Shown in pieces: positions 17,559-27,816 of a stretch of 64,000 bases of DNA. Every line of letters begins with the position of its first letter. The first letter of the stretch is position 1. The notes beneath the pieces were generated by a model. That model saw only the letters and a list, made by a program, of their open reading frames with translations, ran no database searches and was not told the DNA's origin. This stretch comes from a virus (taxonomy: Duplodnaviria > Caudoviricetes): the IMG/VR virus record IMGVR_UViG_2706796257_000001, positions 94,100-158,099 of that record. One strand, given 5' to 3'. The position numbers were made by a program, and so were the translations under genes.

Positions 17559-18068
17559 ATGGCCCAGATACTTCCCGTTAATACATCCCTCGGCGATATT
17601 CAAGAAGGCGGGGCTGTTGATTTGACTTTCACTGCTCAGCTTGATGCTACTGATACATTAAAGTCAATAAATATAATAGATTATCAGCCAACTTCTGGTA
17701 TAATAGTTGAAGGTTCCAGATACTACGGAAATTATAATAGCGTATTTTCATTTGGAGCTGATGCATTAAAATATCGTGAAGGCGATGAATTAAAAACCGC
17801 AGCAACTTGGGAGGATTTACCTCCTCCCAAAACTGCAGATTTATATATGTGGAGAGCCCCTAGTTCACTCCAGAGAACTTTTACGTATACGGTTGAATGT
17901 ATATATGATTATCAGTCGGAAGAGTCTTCTGGCGGTTCTGGTGAATCAGGAGGCACAACTACTCCACCGGTCGAACGAAGAATAACAAAAACATATACTC
18001 AATTAGTTTACGGAAATTGGAGTCGTTGGGGAAATAAACTTCGTGAATATGTGTATGCGGGGAACTAA
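17559..18068 (+). CDS. 5.1: gp5.1
   Basis: Synteny, LVYGNWS C-terminal motif. Confidence 0.85.
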   Translation: MAQILPVNTSLGDIQEGGAVDLTFTAQLDATDTLKSINIIDYQPTSGIIVEGSRYYGNYNSVFSFGADALKYREGDELKTAATWEDLPPPKTADLYMWRAPSSLQRTFTYTVECIYDYQSEESSGGSGESGGTTTPPVERRITKTYTQLVYGNWSRWGNKLREYVYAGN

Positions 18069-18361
18069 TGGCAGGTTTAAGTTTTAATCAATGTATAACA
18101 TCTGGTCATGATGCATTTCCTCCTACCGTAATTAATTCAACTCAGCCAAAAGTGTTTACTGGCGGGATTCCGGTATTAGTTGATGGAGACCAAATCACTC
18201 CTCATACACGCATCGTAAAACCATATGACACGCACGGTGGAGCAGTCCAGCCAAGAACATCTAAAGTTTATGTGACTGGAAAGAAAGCTGTTCAAATGGC
18301 TGACCCTATTTCATGCGGCGATACAGTCGCGCAATCTTCTTATAAGGTTTTCATAAAATAA
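18068..18361 (+). CDS. 5.4: PAAR spike tip gp5.4
   Basis: [16 protein letters not shown]. Confidence 0.93.
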   Translation: MAGLSFNQCITSGHDAFPPTVINSTQPKVFTGGIPVLVDGDQITPHTRIVKPYDTHGGAVQPRTSKVYVTGKKAVQMADPISCGDTVAQSSYKVFIK

Positions 18362-20301
18362 TGGCAGACCCAATTAACTATCAATTAACGCGCACCGTAA
18401 ACGCTATTCCGGACATTTTTGTAGGAGGAACATTCGGTGAAATCAAGAGAGATTTACTTGATTGGCTTCGCGGGCAAAACGAGTTTCTAGATTATGATTT
18501 TGAAGGTTCTCGTTTAAACGTATTATTAGACCTTTTAGCTTATAATACACTTTACATTCAGCAATTTGGTAATAGCGCAGTCTACGAATCATTTATGAGA
18601 ACTGCAAACTTGAGAAGTTCCGTAGTTCAAGCTGCTCAGGACAATGGATATTTACCTTCTTCAAAGTCAGCGGCGCAAATTGAAATAATGCTTGAATGTA
18701 CTCATGCTTTAAATTGGAACACTATAAGTATTCCTCGTGGTACAAGATTTTTGGCGTACGCGTTAGAAACTTCTGTTAACCCATATTCATTTGTAACAAC
18801 AGAAGAAGTCACAGCAGTTCGTGATGCTAATAATAAGTATTTTCCACGAATTAAATTAGTTCAAGGCCGAATTGTTCGTACTGAATTACGATATGATAAA
18901 ATGAAGCCTATCATTATTCGTGATTCCAATATTGACCGTAATGAAGTTAAATTATCGGTTAATGGAGTTGAATGGACTAACTGGACCCGCCGCTCTATGG
19001 TTCACGCAGGTTCTACATCTACAATTTATTATATGCGTGAAACTGTAGACGGGCATACTGAAATTTTCTTCGGAGAAGGTGAACAGAGTGTGTCAGTTGC
19101 GGGTGGGGCTCTTGAAGCCAATTATATTGGCGGATTAAAACCGGTACAAGACTCTACCATCGTTATAGAATATATTCGCACTGAAGGAGCTGCTGCAAAT
19201 GGGGCGACAGAATTCAGTTATGCTGATACTTTAAATTATATAACAGTTCAAAGAATATATGAAAACCCTGATGACTCCAAAGATTATGTTGGAGCTGACG
19301 GCGGCGGCGACCATGAAGATATAGAACGTATCCGTGAACTTGGCACGATAAAGAGAGAAACTCAACAACGTTGCGTAACTGCAACCGACTATGACACCTT
19401 TGTTTCAGAGCGTTTTGGCTCTATCGTTCAAGCAGTCCAAACATTTACTGATATGTATAAACCTGGTTATGCATTTATTGCTATCAAGCCTAAATCCGGT
19501 TTGTACTTAACTTCAGTACAACGAGAAGATATTCAGAACTATTTGAAGCAATATAACTTAGCACCTATTACTCCATCTGTTATATCTCCGAACTATTTGT
19601 TTTTGAGACATAATATTAAAGTATCTTATGCGCTGAATAAATTACAAGAAACGGACCAATGGCTCAGAGGCAAAGTCTTAGACCAGATTGATAGATATTA
19701 TATTGACGAAGTTGAAATTTTTAATGCGTCATTTGCTAAATCTAAGATGTTAACCTATATTGACGATGCAGACCATAGTATTATTGGTTCGTCTGCGACA
19801 ATTCAAATGGTTCGCGAAGTTCAAAACTTCTTTAAAACACCGGAATCTGGTATTAAATATTATAATCAAATGATTAACAGGTCATTAGAGTCAAACTCTT
19901 TCACTTTTCACGGTGAAGATTCTGATTATATGGTTAGAATAGTTGGTTCAGACCCCGACCAAAATGGAATTGGTAAAGTTATAATTGGCCCGTTTAAAGA
20001 CGGCGATGTTAAAGAAAACCAAGATATCCAGCCTTACATGGGAACTGATTTTAATAAGCTTAATGCAGAAAATCGTGATAAGTACTATGTAATTGGGGAA
20101 ATTAATTACCCAGGAGATATAACTTATTGGAATATTTCGGCAATAGACTTAACGTCTGAGCAATTTGAGGTTCAAACTATCGAGCTTTATTCTACACCAA
20201 AGGAAGATAACATTTTCACAAGAGATGGTTCATTAATAGTTTTTGAGAATGATTTGCGTCCTCAATACACAACCATTGAATTGGAGCCTATAGCACAATG
20301 A
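18361..20301 (+). CDS. 6: baseplate wedge gp6
   Basis: DYDFEGSRLNVLLDLLAYNT, QQRCVTATDY. Confidence 0.97.
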   Translation: MADPINYQLTRTVNAIPDIFVGGTFGEIKRDLLDWLRGQNEFLDYDFEGSRLNVLLDLLAYNTLYIQQFGNSAVYESFMRTANLRSSVVQAAQDNGYLPSSKSAAQIEIMLECTHALNWNTISIPRGTRFLAYALETSVNPYSFVTTEEVTAVRDANNKYFPRIKLVQGRIVRTELRYDKMKPIIIRDSNIDRNEVKLSVNGVEWTNWTRRSMVHAGSTSTIYYMRETVDGHTEIFFGEGEQSVSVAGGALEANYIGGLKPVQDSTIVIEYIRTEGAAANGATEFSYADTLNYITVQRIYENPDDSKDYVGADGGGDHEDIERIRELGTIKRETQQRCVTATDYDTFVSERFGSIVQAVQTFTDMYKPGYAFIAIKPKSGLYLTSVQREDIQNYLKQYNLAPITPSVISPNYLFLRHNIKVSYALNKLQETDQWLRGKVLDQIDRYYIDEVEIFNASFAKSKMLTYIDDADHSIIGSSATIQMVREVQNFFKTPESGIKYYNQMINRSLESNSFTFHGEDSDYMVRIVGSDPDQNGIGKVIIGPFKDGDVKENQDIQPYMGTDFNKLNAENRDKYYVIGEINYPGDITYWNISAIDLTSEQFEVQTIELYSTPKEDNIFTRDGSLIVFENDLRPQYTTIELEPIAQ

Positions 20302-23300
20302 CAGTAAAAGCACCATCAGTAACGAGTCTCAGAATTGTTAAATTGTCAGCAAACCATGTTCATATTAAATGGGATGATGTTGGTGCTAACTTTTACTATT
20401 TTGTTGAACTCGCAAATACCCGCACATCAGAAGGGGTCTCTTTAGACCCCTCTAGATATCAATGGAGAAATCTAGGATACACGTCAGAAAACGAATTTTT
20501 CGAAAGTGGATTTATTCGACCGAACGATTATTATGTTATGCGTGTGTCAGTTGCAGCTCAAGGGTTTGAACGCTCTAATTGGGTACAAACTGAAGAATTT
20601 CAAACATTTTTAACAAACGCATATACGTTTCAGTCTATGCTCGAAATGACTTTGGCTAATAAATTCATCAGAGAAAAATTTACTAATAACAATCAAAGTT
20701 ATGTAGATTTCAACCGTGATACAGTTATGGCGGCTTTAATGGATGAGTCATTTCAATTTAGCCCTAATTATGAAATAGTATCGTCAATTTCTGACCATAT
20801 ATTATTTGAAGAAGAATATCATGAAATACAAAGTAGCATTTCTGCGGTATGTAAAGACATAAACCGAGTAATGCTAATGGAATCTGAAGGAATTTTATAT
20901 CTGTTTGAAAGATTTCAGCCTGTAGTAAAAGTTTCTAACAACAAAGGTCAAACTTGGCAAGCAGTTAAATTACTAAACGACCGTGTTGGTAATCCAGTTT
21001 CCCGTACTGTGTATTATCAAAGTGAATATACAACTTATTTACTGGGATACGATAGAATTTTTTATGGACGTAAAAGTAATGATATAAGATGGTCTTCAGA
21101 TGAAGTTCGTTTTTCTTCGCAGGACGTTACTTTCGCTAAAATTGGCGACCAACTTAAACTTGGATTTGATGTTGAAATATTTGGAACATATGTATCTTTG
21201 CCGGCAGACGTTTCCAGAATTGCTGAAGCTATAACAACTACTGATGATTTCATATATGTTGTAGCCAGAGATAAAGTTCGTTTTGCTAAAACGCGCAATG
21301 CGCCTATTGACCAAGACCCATTATCGCCTACATTCGGTGAAAAATTATTTGAGCCAGAAGTACTAACAATAACTGGTAATCCAAAAGCAGTGTGCTATAA
21401 AATGGAAGCTGTTAATGGTAAAGTTTTTGCTCTTATTACTGGTGAAGTTAAAGAAGACAGGATGGACCCGACTGTTCCAGAAAACGTAATAGATTCTCAA
21501 TCAAAAGGAATTTACATTCTTCAGTCCGATAATACATTTAAGCGTGTATTTGGTAATACAGAAGAAGAACGGCGTCGGATAGAGCATGGTTATACTTCTA
21601 TGTCTACCAACGGAACAGAAGTATTCATTTCTTCTAGCAATTTTAAATTTTTAAATGACCAAATTGTGCAAGACCCAGACACAGCGTTAAAATATGATTT
21701 GTTAGGAGCCGTTAAATATGAATTTCCGCGCGAATGGCTTTCTGATAAGCATTATCATATGATGTCTTTTAGAGCTGACGAAAAATCTGGTTATGAACAA
21801 TTTGTTCCCGGCGCTATGAATTATTATGCTGAACCATTTTTTAGCTGGTCTAGAAAATCTGGTACTCGCTGCTGGATTAATAATTCTGATAGAATTGTGG
21901 TTGTTTATTCAAATATTACTCATACAAAAATAATTGACACGCATGGTTCCGGTTCTCCAGAACGAGTTTTACATGAATTCTGGGACAAAGGCACTTGTAC
22001 TGTAACTGCTCCAAATGTTGAATTCAACGGATTTACTAAATACGCTTCTGGTATTCTCTTTTATAAATCTTCCGGTGAAATAATTTCATATTACGAATTC
22101 AATTATCGTGTTCGAGATGAAACTAAAATAATTTGGAAACCGTCTGAAATATTCCTTAAAGCTTATTTGCAAAATCAGGAACGCGAAACAGAATGGAAGC
22201 CAGAAGAACGCGACGGAATACAAGACCCAGATTTAAGACCGCTGATTAGAACTATGATGCCTGACAGCTATTTGCTAGAGGACACAAATTTTGAAAAATT
22301 CTGTGACGCATATATTCAATACTTATCTGATGGATATGGAACTCAATATAACAATCTATTGAATTTGATAAGAAACCAATATCCACGAGAAAAAGACTCA
22401 TGGGAATATCTTTGGTCTGAAGTATACAAAAGAAACATTTATCTTAACAAAGATAAGCGGGATGCGGTATCAAGATTTTTCGAAGCTAGACGTTCAGATT
22501 TTTATTCAACAAAAGGTATTGAAGCTTCTTATAAGTTTTTGTTTAAACTCTTATATAACGAAGACGTTGAAATAGAAATAGAGTCTAACTCTGGAACCGA
22601 ATATGACATAGTTATTGAATCTGATTCTATTAATGAAGACTTAGTTGGTCAAACCATTTATACTCCAACTGGACGTTGTAATGTTACTTATATTGAAAGG
22701 TCTTATTCAAAAGGAAAACTTCAGTGGAATGTAACAATTCACAACTTATTAGGACGCTTAATTCAAGGCCAAGAAGTAAAGGCTGAACGCTATCCAGGCT
22801 TTAATGGAATGATAGTTAGAGGTGTTCGTGGTAAGGAATTAGTAGAAAATACTATTGATTACATCAACCGCAACCGTTCTTATTATGTTATGAAAATACG
22901 TTCAAATCTTCCAACATCAAGATATCGTAATGATGTGTTAAGATTTGTTCATCCCGTTGGATTTGGCTTTATTGGTATTACGCTATTGACTATGTTCATA
23001 AACGTGGGTTTAACTATGAAACATGTCCAAACTATAATCAATAAATACAAAAACTACAAATGGGATGCTGGTATACCGACTTTTTATCCAGATCGAGTAG
23101 CATCATTAGATTCAAGTGGAAATGTAGAAAAAGACCCAGTCACAGGTGAAGTAATTTATCTTCCTGGACCAATGTCTGGTATTGCATATCCTGTCCCGGC
23201 TGACTATGACTCTGAGAATGATAATTCTATTTTCCAAGGTCAAACTCCTACTGAGCGTCGGAAATCAATGAGTCCGTTATTCGATCAATCTGCCGTAACT

Positions 23301-23399
23301 TTTTCTCAATTCAGAGACTTAGTTGAGCAGCGTTTGATTGATAAAACAGGTCTGCCTCGCGAACCTAATAATCCAACACAGGTTAAAATAGATGAATGA
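20298..23399 (+). CDS. 7: baseplate wedge gp7
   Basis: MTVKAPSVTSLRI N-terminus, 1033 aa, FVHPVGF. Confidence 0.97.
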   Translation: MTVKAPSVTSLRIVKLSANHVHIKWDDVGANFYYFVELANTRTSEGVSLDPSRYQWRNLGYTSENEFFESGFIRPNDYYVMRVSVAAQGFERSNWVQTEEFQTFLTNAYTFQSMLEMTLANKFIREKFTNNNQSYVDFNRDTVMAALMDESFQFSPNYEIVSSISDHILFEEEYHEIQSSISAVCKDINRVMLMESEGILYLFERFQPVVKVSNNKGQTWQAVKLLNDRVGNPVSRTVYYQSEYTTYLLGYDRIFYGRKSNDIRWSSDEVRFSSQDVTFAKIGDQLKLGFDVEIFGTYVSLPADVSRIAEAITTTDDFIYVVARDKVRFAKTRNAPIDQDPLSPTFGEKLFEPEVLTITGNPKAVCYKMEAVNGKVFALITGEVKEDRMDPTVPENVIDSQSKGIYILQSDNTFKRVFGNTEEERRRIEHGYTSMSTNGTEVFISSSNFKFLNDQIVQDPDTALKYDLLGAVKYEFPREWLSDKHYHMMSFRADEKSGYEQFVPGAMNYYAEPFFSWSRKSGTRCWINNSDRIVVVYSNITHTKIIDTHGSGSPERVLHEFWDKGTCTVTAPNVEFNGFTKYASGILFYKSSGEIISYYEFNYRVRDETKIIWKPSEIFLKAYLQNQERETEWKPEERDGIQDPDLRPLIRTMMPDSYLLEDTNFEKFCDAYIQYLSDGYGTQYNNLLNLIRNQYPREKDSWEYLWSEVYKRNIYLNKDKRDAVSRFFEARRSDFYSTKGIEASYKFLFKLLYNEDVEIEIESNSGTEYDIVIESDSINEDLVGQTIYTPTGRCNVTYIERSYSKGKLQWNVTIHNLLGRLIQGQEVKAERYPGFNGMIVRGVRGKELVENTIDYINRNRSYYVMKIRSNLPTSRYRNDVLRFVHPVGFGFIGITLLTMFINVGLTMKHVQTIINKYKNYKWDAGIPTFYPDRVASLDSSGNVEKDPVTGEVIYLPGPMSGIAYPVPADYDSENDNSIFQGQTPTERRKSMSPLFDQSAVTFSQFRDLVEQRLIDKTGLPREPNNPTQVKIDE

Positions 23400-24405
23400 T
23401 TCAAGCGTAATTTATCGTGCGATTGTTACTTCAAAGTTTCGCACTGAAAAAATGCAGAATTTTTATGATTCGATAGGAGATTCGGCAAATAAAAATTCAC
23501 TTTATATAACTTTTGGTCGTTCTACTCCTTGGGCTGATAATGAGAATGAGGTGGGGTTTGCCCCACCTTATCCAGTTGACGATACTCAGGGCGTAGTTGA
23601 TATGTGGACTAACATGATGGGTTCTGTAAAAGTTATGCCATCAATGTTAGACGCTATTGTTCCAAGAAAAGATTGGGGTGATATAAGATATCCAAACCCA
23701 CGTAACTTTCAAATTGGAGAAATTGTTGTAGTTAATAGTGCTCCATATAATGCAACTGAGGTTGGTGCTGGTTGGTTAGTTTATCGTGTGCTTGATATTC
23801 CAGATTCTGGAACTTGTTCTATACAAGATATAAACAACAAAGATGAGTGTATTAAATTAGGTGGTAAATGGACCTCTTCTATACCAAGCGCTAATCCTCC
23901 TCGTGGAAGAGGTGATGCAGAAAAAGGGACTTTAACTATAGACACAAACGATGGATATTTATGGGAGTATTTGTATGAAATTCCGCCAGATGTGTCAATT
24001 AACAGATGTACAAATGAATATATTGTCGTTCCTTGGCCCGATGAAATAGCTGAAGACCCAATCAGATGGGGATTGCAGAATAATCTTTCTTGGCAACAAG
24101 ATGATTATGGGTTGATTTATAGAGTAAAAGCTTACACTATGAGATTTAAAGCGTACTTTGACTCAGTTTATTTTCCCGAGGCCGCTCTTCCCGGCAATGA
24201 TGGTTTTAGGCAGATTTCAGTTATAGTCAATCCGCTTGAAAAGAAAGATAAACCTAATGACCCTAATGTTAAGGCTGAAGATTTGTACTACAAGCCTCAT
24301 GATTTGGAACGTCATTCAGGCGAGATGATTTACATGGAAAATAGAGCTCCTATTATTATGGCAATGGACCAAACTGAAGAAATAAATATCATTTTTGAAT
24401 TCTAG
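23392..24405 (+). CDS. 8: baseplate wedge gp8
   Basis: MNDSSVIYRAIVTSKFRT. Confidence 0.97.
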   Translation: MNDSSVIYRAIVTSKFRTEKMQNFYDSIGDSANKNSLYITFGRSTPWADNENEVGFAPPYPVDDTQGVVDMWTNMMGSVKVMPSMLDAIVPRKDWGDIRYPNPRNFQIGEIVVVNSAPYNATEVGAGWLVYRVLDIPDSGTCSIQDINNKDECIKLGGKWTSSIPSANPPRGRGDAEKGTLTIDTNDGYLWEYLYEIPPDVSINRCTNEYIVVPWPDEIAEDPIRWGLQNNLSWQQDDYGLIYRVKAYTMRFKAYFDSVYFPEAALPGNDGFRQISVIVNPLEKKDKPNDPNVKAEDLYYKPHDLERHSGEMIYMENRAPIIMAMDQTEEINIIFEF

Positions 24406-24406
24406 C

Positions 24407-24433
24407 AGGGACTCCTTCGGGAGTCCCTTTTTT
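24407..24433 (+). terminator. UUCG-loop terminator
   Basis: AGGGACTCC-TTCG-GGAGTCCCT-TTTTT. Confidence 0.9.
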
Positions 24434-24485
24434 ATTGCATAAATATAAATATAAAGAATAGACGGATATCACTTGAGGAATAGAT

Positions 24486-25358
24486 ATGTATAATCAAGAA
24501 CCAAAACAATTAATCGACGTCGGTGAAATCGGTAACGCCTCTACTGGTGATATCTTATTCGACGGCGGTTTAAAACTTAATTCTAATATGAACGCAATTT
24601 ATAATTCGTTCGGTGACCAACGCAAAATGTCTTTAGATAGCGGGCAAGGAACTACTGGTCAAGTTATCCATGCCACAGGTTATTACCAAAAATCAGAAAA
24701 TCCGGCGGTAGATTTTCAAACTCCGGTGCAAAATGGCTCTATGCATGACATTGATACATCAGCTGGTCCAGTCGTTGTTAGATTAGACCAAGGTGTCCGT
24801 GGAGAAGGTGTGTTTTTTATTAACTCAAGCGGCTCTATTTCAGTCCAGAACCCACTGACAATAGAACCTAAAGACAATTTTGTCGGCATCTCTGGACCGC
24901 TTGTAGTGACTTCTCCATTTAGTGAAATTAAAGTATGGTGTATTTCTGATGACGGCGGACGGTCAGTATGGAACTATTCAATCAGAAACATGTTTGGGGA
25001 TTATCATGACCCGGTCCAAGGAACTTGGCAAATACCAGTTGCGGGGGTAGTTGATTTTCCTCTTTTTCATAAAAATGAATATATAGCTTCAAAACTTTTA
25101 GTTACTTCTAGGTCTAATGACGGTAAAAGAATAAAGTCTTCCGAAATAAATATATTAATAGATGTAGTAACTAATACAGTGATATCTACTGAATACGCTG
25201 TTATGCGAGTAGGAGCGTTAACAGAAGAGGATGATATCGTAACTTATTCTTTTAGTATAAGCGGAACAGGAATGATAACGATGACTGCTAACGGCGCATC
25301 AGGATTAAGAGTAGCTGTTAAATCTATCACAACTCAGAAAATCGGGGCAGCACAATGA
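24486..25358 (+). CDS. 9: long tail fibre connector gp9
   Basis: IDVGEIGNASTGDILFDGG. Confidence 0.95.
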   Translation: MYNQEPKQLIDVGEIGNASTGDILFDGGLKLNSNMNAIYNSFGDQRKMSLDSGQGTTGQVIHATGYYQKSENPAVDFQTPVQNGSMHDIDTSAGPVVVRLDQGVRGEGVFFINSSGSISVQNPLTIEPKDNFVGISGPLVVTSPFSEIKVWCISDDGGRSVWNYSIRNMFGDYHDPVQGTWQIPVAGVVDFPLFHKNEYIASKLLVTSRSNDGKRIKSSEINILIDVVTNTVISTEYAVMRVGALTEEDDIVTYSFSISGTGMITMTANGASGLRVAVKSITTQKIGAAQ

Positions 25359-27163
25359 AACAAGATTTAAAAATTGGAGCTGTGGTTGATGACGGCTCTG
25401 GAGACTACCTGCGTAAAGGTGGCGAAAAAATTAATAATAACTTCAATGAGTTGTATTATCAACTAGGCGATGGTGATTTCCCGCATGCAGCAGGCGCGTG
25501 GAAAACTTTCAAATCAGCTGATAACTCAATTCTGACAGCCGACTTTGGGCGTTCTTATGTTTTAGATACAACCGCTGGCAGAATGACGTTTGAATTACCA
25601 AAGGGAAATACTCCAGATTATAACCATGTTATTCGAGTTAGAGATGTATTTGGTACTTGGCAGACAAATCCGGTTACCATTACTCCAGCGGCGGGAGATA
25701 CTCTGAAGGGTAATCCAAACCCAATCGAATTTAATGTTCCACTGACTGATTTGGAACTTGTTTATTGCCCTCCTGGACGCTGGGAATATGTAGAAAATAA
25801 ACAAATTAACAAAATCAGTAATTCAGATTTAGCTTCTGTAATTCGTAAAGAATTTTTAGTAGAAACTCAAGACCAAGTTGATTTTTTAGACGTTTTTGAC
25901 GGGTACGATTATAATAAAGCTAATACCCAGGTCTATCATCGTGGTAACATTCTTTATTATGGAAAAGAATTTAGCGAAAATAGTGATTACGGCTCTCCTG
26001 GAGCTACACCCGATGAAGTAGTTGCTTTAAATGGTAAAGATATTCGTTTACGTCAAAAATGCAATATTGGTGATACAGTAATAGTTGTTTCTTACGTTGA
26101 TGGTATTAGTCAATGGCGTAGTTCTTATAATAAACGCCAAATTATGTTACTGGATTCTTCTAAAACAAATCAAGCTTCAGTTCCCGGTTCAACATTCGTA
26201 GGCGATTTGAAAAATACTAATACATTCACCGTAGAAATGTTTGGATTGACTTTACATGACCCGATAAATCCAAATTCATTGGAAGTTGAATTTAACGGCA
26301 TAAGTCAAGTATTAGTGGGAACAACCGGTTTGCCTGAAGTCTATTGTCAAGGAGCTGACGCAGATACTTATGAGTCTTGTGTTGCTCTTGGAGGAACTTG
26401 GGTGTCATCTAATATGGATTATTCAATCAATTTTGATTCTGATAATCGTATTATTTCTATTACAACCGATAGAGAAATGGAACACGGCGATATTATTACC
26501 ATAAAGTGGTACAATAATAATATCGGAACAACTACTAGTATGGAAGATATTATTCAAGAGACTGATTCTCTTTATATATCTCAAGGTGGTCCAATTCATT
26601 TAACTGGTCAAGTTTCAATAACCGATTATAATAATCCTCGTATTCCGAATACTGAACCAGTAGCTCCATCTGATGTTTTGGTTACAAGTCCGTATGCTTT
26701 ATTTGATTTAATTTATCCAGTTGGAACTATCTACGAAAACGCTGTTAATCCAAATAATCCAGCTACTTATATGGGTATTGGTCGATGGGTATTGTGGGGT
26801 CAAGGATTAGTTACTGTTGGTTGGAATTCAGATGTAAATGACCCAAGATTTGCTATGAATAACAACGATTTAGATATTTCTGGACAGCCATCTCACACTG
26901 CTGGTGGAACTACTGGAGAAATTTCTGTTAGCATATCAAATGAAAACCTTCCTACAACTAAAACCGACGAAAAAGTATTAATAGCAGACAACGACGGTCC
27001 AATTGTCGTAGGTGGTTGTCAAATTGACCCAGACGATACAGGTCCAGTTTATACTAAATACCGCGAAGACCACGCGAAGACTAATGAAAGTCATGTCAAT
27101 GTTAAATCACTTGACAATGTTCAACCGTCAATTACCGTATATCGCTGGTTAAGGATTGCATAA
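25355..27163 (+). CDS. 10: baseplate gp10
   Basis: VVDDGSGDYLRKGGEKIN; YPVGTIY..YRWLRIA. Confidence 0.96.
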   Translation: MKQDLKIGAVVDDGSGDYLRKGGEKINNNFNELYYQLGDGDFPHAAGAWKTFKSADNSILTADFGRSYVLDTTAGRMTFELPKGNTPDYNHVIRVRDVFGTWQTNPVTITPAAGDTLKGNPNPIEFNVPLTDLELVYCPPGRWEYVENKQINKISNSDLASVIRKEFLVETQDQVDFLDVFDGYDYNKANTQVYHRGNILYYGKEFSENSDYGSPGATPDEVVALNGKDIRLRQKCNIGDTVIVVSYVDGISQWRSSYNKRQIMLLDSSKTNQASVPGSTFVGDLKNTNTFTVEMFGLTLHDPINPNSLEVEFNGISQVLVGTTGLPEVYCQGADADTYESCVALGGTWVSSNMDYSINFDSDNRIISITTDREMEHGDIITIKWYNNNIGTTTSMEDIIQETDSLYISQGGPIHLTGQVSITDYNNPRIPNTEPVAPSDVLVTSPYALFDLIYPVGTIYENAVNPNNPATYMGIGRWVLWGQGLVTVGWNSDVNDPRFAMNNNDLDISGQPSHTAGGTTGEISVSISNENLPTTKTDEKVLIADNDGPIVVGGCQIDPDDTGPVYTKYREDHAKTNESHVNVKSLDNVQPSITVYRWLRIA

Positions 27164-27816
27164 TGAGCGTAATGAGTACTAAAGCGGGTGTTAAATCCCG
27201 CTATTCTGATAATATTCAGTTTATACCTTCGCCTAACAATAACGATGTAATGAGTAAGCAACCGTACGGTAGCTTAACAATTTCTGAGTATTCAAAAGGC
27301 ATTGAATTCCCTAACGTACAATCAGCAATTAATGATGTTAGAAATTTTACCATTCGTCCTATAAATTCTATAGAAATTAACACAGACGGCGTTTCTCCAG
27401 AAGGAATTTCTCAAACCGACACCTGGACATTCGCTGGTACAGTAGTTAAACCGGATGGAGCTACTGGCGATGCTATTATTTCTGTGTTCGGTTTTCCGGT
27501 GACAGTAACTGTTGGAGATACTGCCGAAGAAGTTACCGCAAAAGCTAAATTAGTTTTGGAAGATGCAGTTCTTAAAAATTTCATTATTAACACAGTTTCG
27601 CAAGGGTTGACTGGGGCTGAACTTACAGTTTCTTATATTGATAACCAAACTCATGTTCTTAAACCAGAAACACGTTTTGGCATTACAGTAAGTTCAACTA
27701 TCATATCTCCAGCTAAACCGGGCTATGGAGCTTGGACACGTATAGGAACAAAAACCGAAACATTAGAAGGTTCAGCGGACCCGGTATTGTTGCACTACTT
27801 TAAGAGATTAGCATAA
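27163..27816 (+). CDS. 11: baseplate gp11
   Basis: FPNVQSAI, PGYGAW, synteny. Confidence 0.92.
   Translation: MSVMSTKAGVKSRYSDNIQFIPSPNNNDVMSKQPYGSLTISEYSKGIEFPNVQSAINDVRNFTIRPINSIEINTDGVSPEGISQTDTWTFAGTVVKPDGATGDAIISVFGFPVTVTVGDTAEEVTAKAKLVLEDAVLKNFIINTVSQGLTGAELTVSYIDNQTHVLKPETRFGITVSSTIISPAKPGYGAWTRIGTKTETLEGSADPVLLHYFKRLA

Noticed and set aside
17910-17975. Gly/Ser-rich insertion in gp5.1 ([17 protein letters not shown])
   Set aside because: Low-complexity loop with no evidence of function
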